A DNA stretch of 64,000 nucleotides from Camelus ferus (lineage: Eukaryota), in contig NC_045714.1 of NCBI RefSeq assembly GCF_009834535.1, positions 33,914,001 through 33,978,000 of the forward strand, given 5' to 3'. Below the pieces are notes generated by a model, which saw only the letters and a program-made list of their open reading frames with translations, was not told the origin of the DNA and did not search any database. Position numbers and translations under genes: made by a program. Shown here piece after piece: positions 24,601-36,600 of the stretch (its first letter is position 1; every line of letters starts with the position of its first letter).

Positions 24601-27600
24601 CTAAATGGATGAATATCAAAGAAAATTTACAGTATCCCATTTTGTAATGAGAAAAATCTATACATGTAATGTGTATGTTACATGTGTGTTTATCACGTGA
24701 ATGAACCTCCCTTGTAGGAATTCTGTCTGTTTTGTTCACTGCTATTTTCCCCAGCTCCTGATGCAGTGCTTGGCACAGAGCAGATGCTCAGTAAATATTT
24801 ACAGCCTGACCAATCAAATTGTCTAGGAAAAAGGCTCAGAATGATAAACCCCACGATATTCAGGTGTGTTACTTCTGGGAAATGGGACTGGGGTGGACCG
24901 GCACAGGAGAAGCCAAGTTTTCTACTTCATAGTAAATAATATATTGAAGTCTCTCTCTCCCTCTCTCTTTCTTTGCATGAACATTTATTGCTTTTGGAAA
25001 AATATTAAAGTAATGAAATAAAACCAGTGAGTATCTAATGGAAGAAGTCAGCATAGTGGGTGGAATTTGTTGTAAGAGGAACTCAGTGACCACAGCGCAG
25101 GGCCGGTCAGTGATGCATTACTGGAATCTATTATGCACCAGGCCCTGAGCTCAGGGCTGCTGAACGGCTGGGTCCTGGCCTCACTGAGCCTGCACACGAG
25201 CGGAGAAGATAGACTTTAAAGAACTAACTCCAATGCTTACACTTGGAATGAGCCCCAATCCTTTAAACAAGGGACTCCTGCTGGCATCTCTGACCCCATC
25301 TCCTGCCCCCTCCCCATGACCTGCTCTCCCACCACCCATCTACTGGGTCTTCCACGAGAAGGCCAAGGAGGGTGTGAGAGACGTGGACTGACAATTGACC
25401 ATCAGACTTGGGAAGATATCTTTGATTTTTCTTTCCAACATTCACGTGTAGTTTTTGAGATGAAGAAAAGATGAAAACAATTTCATCAGAAGTGAAAAAA
25501 TAAGCATGGATGTTTTTCTAATAGAAAAAAAAAATCAACTTAGAACCAAAACTTGCCAGGAGGGAAACAGGGCCACTGCGATCTCTGGCTGTGATTCCCC
25601 CAGAGCCTGTCTCATCAGGACGGGGAGGAGGAGCCAGCCTTTCCCTGACAGGTGCTCACTGCCACTCGCATGGGAGCTGGCCTGCCCCCAGGAAGTGGTA
25701 GGCCCCCACAGCAGGGGCCTTGGGAACAGGCTGGAGGCCACCCCTCAGGTTTCCACAGACTCAAGGAGCCTGGGACCTGGGAGGCTATGGCTGGAGGTCT
25801 GGCAGTGCCCGGTGTTCAGCAACCCCCTTCCCTGACTACAGTTATTACTGGCCATCCTCGGAGAGCTGCTGGTTTATCCCCCCAACACGGCAGCACCTCA
25901 TCAGTGCCACCTTTGGCATCTTCTGAGTTATGATTTGACAGCTGTGTGAGTGCGTAGTCAGGAGTGTGGATGGGAGTACGCACACAGGAGTGAAAGAGGG
26001 CAGATGCGGGAGTACGTACACGTGTGCACATGTGCTGAGCACAAGCGTTTGCACACGTGTGCATGGGTGCACCAAGTGGGAGTGTATGCACATGAGCATG
26101 TGCACAAGATGCCTTTGTGTGTAGGAACGTGCAACAGTGCAGCTCAGGGGTGTATCAGAGGGGAACAGGGGCAGAAGGGGTTTGAACTGTGCATAGGAGA
26201 GTATGTGAACGTGGATGTGAGCCCGTCAGTGGCGTGAAAGGGTGTGTCTGTGCCCGAGGTGTGAACAGATAGGTGTCTGGGAGGGGTATGAGTGTGTGGG
26301 AGCATACGGATGTGTGTGCGGGCAGGGGTGTAGGAGTGGGATGAGCACGTGCGTGTGTGTGTGTGTGTGTGTAGAGGGTGTGCGTGCAGGGAGGGCACAT
26401 GTGCGATGGGAACGGCATATACATGAGTGAACACGAGGGTGTGTATGCTGACCTCAGGGCTGGGGGGCAGGGGCCACAGTGTGAGTGGGGACCACGACAT
26501 ACACCCATGTGTCCACACACCATGCTCGTAGGTGTGCCCAGCTGTGAACGTGCTGGCCCACGCAGGGCGGTGGGAGACGAAGGAGGTGGGGGGAGAGGCT
26601 TCCTTCAAGTCTGTCATCGGCCCCTGGTGGACAGGGGTCTGCGCAGCCCCGGCACAGGGTCCTGCTCTTGACGGGAGGCTCACACCTTTACTGAGCACCT
26701 GCTTACTGGGCGCCAGCCGCAGGGCACAGCCGTGAAGAGGCCAGCCCGGAATGGGAATGCCCTGCTGGAGCTCAGGACCACGGGTGGGGCAGATGGTCCC
26801 CAGGCTGGATTCAGGACAGGGCTGCGTGGGCGGAGGACTATGTATACTCTGCAGATCCCAAGCGGGGAGCTTGGGGCTCTGATGCAGGAGTAGCAGGGCT
26901 CTGACTGCTGCAGCTGGGAGCTGATTTTCCTCTGGAGTCAGAATGATTCATTCACGCCCTTTCAAAACTCATTCTACTGCCAGGCCCTGTTCTAGATGTC
27001 ACAGGACACAGAGCCAAGTAAGATGGGTCCCCACCCTTGTGGGCCAGAGTCCTGGACACAGACAATGAACATGTGCAGGGTGATCAGTGAGCAAGAAGAA
27101 TCTTGGGGATAGGGTCTTGGAAGAGGAGTGGGATCTGGGAAGCCTTCCTAGAGGTGGTGGCCCCTGAGCTGGGTCTTGAAAGCTGACAGAGGCTGGGGAG
27201 AAGGGAAGGCATTGAAGATGAGGGAATCACATGAGCAAAGGTACAGAGGAGGGAAAAGGGCTCGGCACAATTCAAGGACCAGAGCAGAGTTTTGGGGCAC
27301 GCTCAATGGCTGTGAGCAAGACGAAATAGGGCCAGCCTGGACTAGGCTAATCTATCACCCAAAAGGATGGCTTCAGTTGCCATTTGAACAGCAGGCCATC
27401 ACCGGGAGCATTCTACGGGTACCACCCGATAAATGTGATCTCTTCTCCCTGTGACCGGGTCCCCTCCAGTTCCGGCCTCTGGATTCTCAGGCTGCCAAAG
27501 ATGCGCACACATTTTCCCAGCTGAGATAAAGCCCCCCCTTAAAAGTGACACACATTTAATAAATGACATTTGCCAAGGTTTCCACCAGTGCCCCAGGTGC

Positions 27601-30600
27601 TGCGGCGGAAACTACCACCTGCCTTGGAATCAGTGCAAATGCAGATGCTCATGGCCTTGAAATAAGGTGGGGATGGGCCCAGTGGGCCAGAGTACTCTCC
27701 CTCCAGGCAACTCAGAGAACTGGGCACTGTCCATATCCTTGCGGGGACAGGGCAGACCCTGGTAGTCCCCTCTATGTAGCAGGTAAACTCCTAAGGTGCC
27801 AACCAACAGTCTAAAGCTTGTGCTCTGGGACCAGAGGACCCATATATCTCAGTCTTAAGTGGGGTGACTTGGCAGAGTCGCTTTTCTCTAAGCCTGCACT
27901 TTCTCACCTGTAAACAAGGGGTCCCACGTCTCTCTCCTCCCAAGGCCAGAGGTTCAGCAGTTAGAAGAGCTGGACTGAGATCTGCACATTTCCTCGACTC
28001 CCCTTCCCACGACCATGTATTATTAGCAGAGCTTAGTGGCTCCACTTCCAAGATCTGGCCAGACTCTGCCCACTTCTTACCACCACTTCCGTACCACAAT
28101 CCCTCACCTAGATCCTCATCTCAGCTTTCAAACTGGCCTCCCACACCACCTCACCTCTCTACAACATGCCCTCCCCCTGCAGCCAGAGGAGCCTCTAAAA
28201 CCTAAGCCAGGTGACATCCTTTCTTTGCTCAAAACCTTCCAGCAGACTTCACCGCACTCAGAGTGAGACCCAGGGTCCTTCTGGTGGCCCCCAGGGCCCT
28301 GCAGCTCTGCTCTCAACCATGCCAGATTTCTCTGCTCATCTCAGGGCCTTTGCACTGGCCACTGCCTCTACCTCACGCTCATCATCAACATGTTGGCTCC
28401 CTCTCCTGCTTCAGGCCTGAGAGGCTTTCCTTGGTGCTGCGTATAAAACACTACTCACCCACCAACATCCCTTCCTTTGCTTTATTTTTCTACATATTAC
28501 CCACCACCCAACATATTATGTAGATATTTGTCAATTTCATTAGCATCCATCTCCCTACCCTAGACTTACTTATAAGCCCTTTGAGAGAGACTTATTTTGT
28601 TCCTCGGTGTATGTTCCAGATTTATATCAGTGCCTGGCATTTGTTAAATGTATGTTCTGGTTTGGAATCTAACTCTGCCACTCATGAGACCCCAGGAAAT
28701 TAACCCACCAGACCTCTGGTTTCTCACCCATAGAACAAGGAAGATAATAATAATAACACTAGGGTTGTTCTAGGATGAAACAGGCTCATGTGTGTAGAGA
28801 GCTCAGTGCTGTGCTGGGCACAGAGGAGGCACCCGGTGCAGGGCAGTGTTACCGGGCAGCGTTTCCAGGCAGCGGACATTTAAGGATGAAGGGGATGACA
28901 TATGATCACGGCCTTCAGCCTGAGAAGCAAAGGATTCTCTCCGAGGCAGAACCAGCTCTGCCCAATGTTTGCACAAGACCACCTGGAGCTGGACCTGCGA
29001 ACAAGCTGTGCACACTGTTGGCAGGAGTCTGGGAGGCAGGGAGGGCTAGAGGCATTTGCTGGGTTCAGGGACCTGGAGGTGATGAGAAATGTTCACAGTG
29101 CGCCCTGTTTGCAAAGCAGCAGGGAAAGAACTATCAAGATGTGTGTGCTGTAAGCACCCCTCGTATTCACCACGCCTGGGGGTGGGGGACAGGTGAGGTT
29201 GCGAGAGCACGCACAGGCACCAACACCCACCATCCACTGCGTTTGGTACCTTGACAACCTAAGGACCTTCTTCCCACCTCCCCATTTTGCAGAGGGAGAA
29301 ACTGAGGCCCGGAAGTAAGGACTGGAGAGGCTGAGAATCCAAGGGTGTCCTTCCCAACCTCCAGGCCCAACTGTTCCTCTAAGGCAGGCCCAGGAGCTAC
29401 CGGCCATGAGCCCACAGGTGCAACATATGGATGAGGCCAGATAAGAGGAAGCCCTCATTTAACTGTCATGAGCCCATGAGGCAAGTGCTGTTGTCAGCAT
29501 CTTCTTCCTACAGGTGAGACCCCGCGGGCCAGGGAAGGGGCAGAGGCAGGACTCAAACACAGAGGTGTCTTGTGCGATCTCTTCTCCCTGCGGCCGGGTC
29601 CCCTCCGGCTCAGGCCTCTGGATTCTTAGGCTGCCAAGGACGCGCACACATTTTCCCAGCTGAGATGAAGGCCCCCTTAAAGGCGATGCGCGCTTATTAA
29701 ACGACATTTGCCAAGGTTTCAGCACACTCTGCTGCTGACAGCAGATAGTCTCCGGACGAGATTTCTCCCCAAGCTGACACTATTCGCTGATGCCTTTTAT
29801 AGCGCTTTTTGCAGTTTGCAAAAGCACTTTCCACAGCTCTTAGTTCCCTTAACCCTCCACAGTCCCTGTGCGGGAGGAAAGAGTGGTCGCAGTTCCATTT
29901 TGCCAATGGGGAGACTGAGGCTCAGAGCAGGGAAAAACAGGCATCTGGGCTAGAGTCTGAGAGCTGGAAGGGACCAGCAGGAGAGCAGCCAAGTTGAGTC
30001 TGCTTCACAGAAGGGGAAACTGAGGCCCAGAGCAGCAGTGTAGTGGATTCCAGGTGACGGAGGGGGGCTCCACCTGCCCCTTAGAGCCCCAACTATGAAA
30101 TGATGATCACACAACAATAACAGTAATAGTAATGATGGCTAATGAGCATTGAGCATGGGCATTACGAGGAGCACAACGGACATCACCAACCTCCTCAAGG
30201 ACCCAGCAACACGGGGCTGTCACCACCCCCACCTCACAGAGGGCAAGACTGAGGTACAGCCACTTGGCCAAGGTCACGCGGCTGCAGAGCAGTCTGACTC
30301 CACCTGCGTCCTCACCCACTGCATCAGACCGCCTTGTGCAATGAAGGGCCCTTTGGAGGAGGCAGGCGCTGACTCACGCCCTCCAAACCGAGCCCGGCCA
30401 GGAGAGTGTAGCCCAAACTGCATCACGTGTCATGGTTTGCCTGCCCGTTCACCGTGGTGCCTACACTGGGGAAAGCCGTACTATAGAGATGAAATTTCAA
30501 GTACCCATTCTGGGGTTTCTGGACCCCCCCTTCACCCCAGCTGGCACTGATATTTTGTGCCTGCTGATATCTTAGGGATCCCTGTTTCATCACAATGGGC

Positions 30601-33600
30601 AGGGATTTGTGGTGTGGTCATGGCCCCCGCCACAGAGGTGGGACGCTCCAGTAGCTAGGGTACAGCTCTGCTTTCCGACCAGGTTTACTGTCTCTAGGAC
30701 CTCATGGTTGAGCTTCCTTTTTAATAGGAAGGTCTTAGTACCTACCTGATCCCTCATTCAACCAATATGCATTAACACGCCTACCATTACCAGGCTGTGT
30801 GCTAAGGTCCTAGGAGGCCCAGGAGAATTTAAGACAGACACAATCCTTCCTCTCATGTAGCTTATATTCTAGTGGGGGAAACAGGGCTGAAATAATGAAA
30901 TAAATACGGAAAAGGCTAGGAGTGCTAAGAAAAAAATGAATTTGTTTCTCAACAGAGACTAACAGGGGAGTCACTTTTAGAATGGGGCAGTTGGGAAAGG
31001 CAACTGTGAGGAGGTGAGATTGTAGCTGAAACCCAAAGGAAGCAAAGGCCAGCAGAAGTGTTCCAGCCGGTGAGAAGAGCAAGTGCAAAGGCCCTGAGGT
31101 GGGAAAGCAGCTGGTGCAGATGAGGGCTGAAAGCTGGTACAGAAAGAAGACCGCCATGGCTGAAGCCCATGGAGGAAGGAGAGTGTAGTACTAGTTGGGG
31201 CTGGAGAGATGGACATGGTCCAGAAAAGGCCATGCATCATGGATCATGGTAAGGAGTCTGATTTTATTCTCAGAGCAGTGGGAACCATTGGAAAGTTTGG
31301 AGCAGGACCAAAGAGGATTTGATTCATTCCAGCTGCTATGGGTAACAAGACTGGAGAGGGCAAGAGTGAAAATAGGAATGCAGCAATGAGGATGTTATAG
31401 CATTTAGGGGTTTGGGCCCAAATCCTAGCTCTGCAGTTAAAAGCTCTGTGACCTGAGGCAAGTCACTTCATCTCTCTGAGTCTCCATCTCATCATCTGCC
31501 CAGTGGGTATAATAATACTTCCCATCGCACAGAACTGTGGTGAGAATTCAATGAGATAATGTACAGATCCTATCACCTGACCTCACATGTTCAAAGTCAA
31601 GTGCTCAGTGAACCAGATCCTACTTGGTCTGGCCCTGACCTCTCCTAACTCTCCCACTGCCTGTCTCCCTTAACTCCAACCTCATTGGCTGTTCCCAGAA
31701 CAGAGCTAATCCATTCCAGCCTCAGGGCCTTTGCACTTGCTATCCCTTCTGTGCGGCATGCTCTTCCCCCGATATTCCCATGGCTGCTCCCTCAGTTTTA
31801 TCGAAACCTCTGCTCCTCAGAGAGGCCCTCTGTTCCCACTCAACCTTCTATCCACTTTATCCTGTTTAGTTTTCTGCATAGACGTTGTCTCCACCTGCTG
31901 TAATGTTTACTTCAATCTGTGTTCCTTCCTCACTAGACTCAGCGCCATGAGAGCAGGTATTTTTGTCTGTGGGTGTATCCCCAGCACCGAGAGCCAGCCC
32001 TACACACAGCAGATGCTCAAAATTACTTGTTGAACGAATAAAGATTAAAATGGCCATAACAAGGATGGAAAAGTGGTTAAGAGTAAACTGAGGTTTAGAT
32101 CCAGCTTTATTTAATTCTCATTGGCTATGTGGCCTTGGGTAAAGCCCAGCTTGGCTTTGGAGAGCCTCAGTTTCCTTACCTGTCAAGTGGGGATGAAGGA
32201 CTCTATGCTTTTCAGCTCATTGTATTAGACATTGGATTAGACAATGGCACACATCCAAGTATTGATGGATGAAATGATGCCTCATGTCCAGCGTCTGCTT
32301 TATAATCCTCCCCACAACCCCAACCCCAGAAAAGGGAGGGGCAGGTGAAACCCAAATGGCAGGTGAGTGCTGAAGCTGGGGTTCCTCACACCATTCTTCA
32401 TTTTGCAAATGTTTGAAATGTTCCAAAATAAAAAGATAAGGAAGAGACAGCAAGGATTCACAGCTCGGCTAGCACATCGTGCATGATTTCCCTCCAGCAC
32501 GGGCTGCCACTTCTGGAGGACACTGTGGGCTTTGAAGAAGAGGGGGGGTTCTACATCATTAAAAAGTCAACAAATAAATGCTGGAGAGGGTGTGGAGAAA
32601 AAGGAACCCTCCCTCACTGTTGGTGGGAACGTCATTTGGTGCAGCCATTATGGAAAACAGTATGGAGGTTCCTTAAAAAACTAAAAATAGAACTACCATA
32701 TGATCCAGCAATCCCACTCCTAGGCATAGCCTCAGCGAAAACTCTAATTTGAAAAGATACATGNNNNNNNNNNNNNNNNNNNNNNNNNNNNNNNNNNNNN
32801 NNNNNNNNNNNNNNNNNNNNNNNNNNNNNNNNNNNNNNNNNNNNNNNNNNNNNNNNNNNNNNNNNNNNNNNNNNNNNNNNNNNNNNNNNNNNNNNNNNNN
32901 NNNNNNNNNNNNNNNNNNNNNNNNNNNNNNNNNNNNNNNNNNNNNNNNNNNGTGAAGTAAGTCAGACAGAAACAGACAAATATCATATGGTATCACTTAT
33001 ATGTGGAATCTTAAAAAATGACACCAATGAACTTATTTATGAAACAGAAACAGACTCAGACATAGAAAACAAACTTATGGTTACCAAAGGGGAAAGAAGA
33101 TGGGGGAGGGATAAATTAGGAATTTGGGATTTGTAGATACTAACTACTATATATAAAACAGATTAACGACAAAGTCCTACTGTACAGCACAGTGAACTAT
33201 ATTCAATATCTTGTAGTAACCCATAATGAAACAGAATATGAAAAAGAACATATATATATATATATAATATATATGTATGTATAACTGAATCACTATGCTG
33301 TACACTAGAGACTGACACAATATTGTAAACCAACTATACTTTAATTAAAAAAAAAAAAAGAATGGGGGCCTAGAGACCACCTGGCTCCGTCATCCACTCG
33401 CCCCAGCTCTGTCCCTTCCGCCTACAGGCTCATCCCTCACCCCCGGCTTCCAAGCTCCCTCCTGATCCGCGCACCTGATCTCCCTCAGCTCCTGGCACTA
33501 ATCTGCAGCCATCCAACCCCCGGCGCCCCCAAACGGATGTGCCAGGAAATCTTACAGACACAAAGAACCAATTCTGTACCACGGCCAACTTCCGCCTCAG

Positions 33601-36600
33601 CTGTTTTGTATCCCTGGACAGAGGGCCTGGCAAGACACCTGTCAGGGAAAACCCACCTTGTGGAGGGCTCCATCAGAAGACCTGTCCCAGGAACGCCCCA
33701 GTCAATAGGAAAGCAGTTTCGGCTGTGAAAATAGACACTTCCTTCTTCCGTATGGGACGGAAACACATCTTGGGAACACGCACCACCTCTGCCTCCCAGA
33801 AGGATACACTGACTGACAGAAATATGAGAGGGGCCAAGCGGGCAGGATGCCCGCACCCCTGGGCCTCAGTGTCTCTACCTGCCAGGGCGAAGGGATGCCG
33901 CGTGAACAGCGTGGGCGTGGCAGTCAGGCTGCTGGGAGTCGTCATCCTGGCTCTGCCTCTCACTGTGTGGCCTTGAGCAAGCTGCTGTGTCTCTCTGAGC
34001 CTAGTTTCCTCACTGGTTGGATGGACTTGATGATAACTAGGCACAGTACCCAGGGTATCCGTGAGTACCACTGGGATCTTCCATGCCAAGCGCTCAGCCC
34101 AGTAAGTGGCCAGAAACGATGGGTTCCATTATTATTACTTTGCTATTTCCCACGGAATTTGGGATCCTGTCAGATTTCTAGCTTTAATGATGGAAACTTC
34201 CAGCACAGCTCAGTTTTAAAAAGCCTTGGTCTGGATGACAGGGGGCCTGGCATGCTACCCAGGCCTTGCCAGAGACCCGCTGTGTGAGCCCGGCCGGCCC
34301 CTTCCTCCCTCAGGGATGCTCTTTTCTCAGCCCCACAGAGAGTGAGGAGCGTGGACTGACGGCTCTTTCGGGTCCCCTCAGGCCTTCTAGGTCTGAGAAT
34401 CCACGATACCAGACCTGTGGATCCCACAGAGACACCTAGAGGCAGGCTGGGCCCTCGGCGCTCAGTCCCAGTAACTATTTAATCCCACCAGCCAGGTTTC
34501 CGCTCAATTTGCCCTCCCCTGATCACACAAAAGCCACAGGGAAAAACACCAAGCTCTTGTTCACTCTCAACAGCTTGTGTTGTTTTGTGAGCACCTACTA
34601 TGTACAAGAACTGACGTGGGTCATTTCCACTCCCAAAGGTAAGGAAAACCCAGCAGCACAAAACAAGGACGCTTACAGCACTGGCTAGATGTAACGTGCA
34701 GTGAGCTGAGACTGAGCGCCTCCTACGTGCCAGGCTTGGCTTCAAGTATTATACCTGCATTAGCTGACTTAATCCTCGAAATACATTTGTTGCTGTCATC
34801 TCCATTTCACAGATGAGGAAACTGAGACACAGAGCTTAGGAAATTTATCCAAGTAGGTAGCGGCACTGGGAGTCACCTTGAGGGGTGAGGTCTGACTCCC
34901 AGCCTGAGTCTCACCACCAGGCTATGCTGCGTCTCTACCTGGAGAGGCTACATTGCAGGAGGACTATTTGAACCAGAGTTAAACATGCACTCATATGTGA
35001 TAAAACAAGGGGAAAGCGACAAGGAACCTCAGATAAATCCGGGGGTGACGGTTCAGAGGAGGAAGCAATCCCATGGAACACGAGGTAGCACAAATGGAAG
35101 GCTGAGTAGTATGAAGACAGGGAGGTACAGGGAATGGCATCTCTGGTGGCAGGAACAGCATGAGCGAAGGCACAGAGATGAGAAAGTTCAGCTGAGGGTG
35201 TGGATTTGTACAAAAGCATTTACCAAACTGGGTTAGCTTGCGTGTTAATGGGCGCTAAACAAACCAAATGCCTCCTACTCGTATGTTTGGGGAACCATGG
35301 AGCAAACAGGGTCCGGCTGGAGCTTCTACTTCTAGAATCTCTTAGGTGCCAATTTCCTTAAGCTGCCGGGAAAGCTCTGGCTGCAGGGAGGAAGCCTGGT
35401 TATCCTGCAGCATTTCAACAGGTCAGCTGCTTGGAAAACACGTGGCTGAGAAACAGGGTCTGTCGGGGAGGGAGCGCAGGCCCTGTTGCAGGTTTGTTTT
35501 TCTTTTTTTTTTTAAAGAAAACTTGGACCCACTCAACAGTTTTGAGCAGGGGAGTAACATGATCAGAACTGTGTTGACAGACCAGAAATCTGAGTGCATT
35601 AAAAAGAGGCGGGGGAGGGGGGTACCTTCCATCAGCCAAGGACTACAAATAAGAAAATAATCTGTCGTGCAGAGCCACTGGGAGCAGCGAGCGAGCGCGT
35701 GTGGGATCCACACAACAGTTTTAGACTGCCTTCCTCTCACACACCCCCTCTCCATCTGTCGCAAAGGGCACCAGGAAGATGCAGGAAGATTCCAGCTCTG
35801 GGGGCTCCAGAGCTCGGCAGCCCAGATGGGGGGCTCTGATGGGACCCACCTTGCTCCCATGAGCTGTCATTTAGGAGGGCCTATGGGGTGTCAGTGTTTC
35901 CATCCTCAGGGCGCTTTCAGAGAAATGACTGTGACTCAGTGAAAAACTTCTGTCCCAGAAGAAACCCTTCCACAAACCTCCCTCTGAGCTGGGCGGGGGC
36001 CCCTCTTGCTCCCTCCAGCTTCGACTAAGTCACCCTGATGAAATCATTGAACTTCCTCAGCCACGAGGCCACGAGGCCAAGACTAAAAACCCACGCTCCC
36101 TACCATTCACTCCTTGGACAAGTTACTTCTCCAGTTCTGGGCTCTATTTGCCTCCTCTGCAAAATGGGGATAAGAGCCAATTCATGCTTTGCTTTGCTGA
36201 TGGATGAGATTACGCAGATCAAGTGCTCAACACATGGCCTGGAATACAGTTAACATTCACGGAACTTCGGTTTCTCCTCCCTTCTCTCACACATGGTTCC
36301 CATCAGGACTTCATACATGCCGAATGACGGCAAGTAAAGGAATGATCACATCACGCGTCTCCCCGGGGTTGGTAGAGGAATAATGAATGGCCAGAATGTA
36401 CCCAGAGAACACCGAGGCCTTAAAGGACCTTTCACAGACTGAGCCCTTTAGGACCCAAGTACCCCTGCCTTGCTCTTCTCATGAAAGAGGAAGTGAGATG
36501 AACTTAGGAAAGCACAGAGGAATCACCAGTATGCTACCCTCTACCCAAGGGTCAGTTTCACTAGAGGACGCAGCTGTCCCCCAAAGCCCGAACCCCAACT

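Noticed and set aside
26144-26698. 184-aa His/Thr/Pro-rich ORF (and the Cys/Val-rich ORFs at ~49.9-50.4 kb)
   Set aside because: Translations of degenerate TG/CA dinucleotide tracts.
32483-32752. ORF with [10 protein letters not shown]...[11 protein letters not shown]
   Set aside because: C-terminal piece of L1 ORF2 in a 5'-truncated element, not a host gene.
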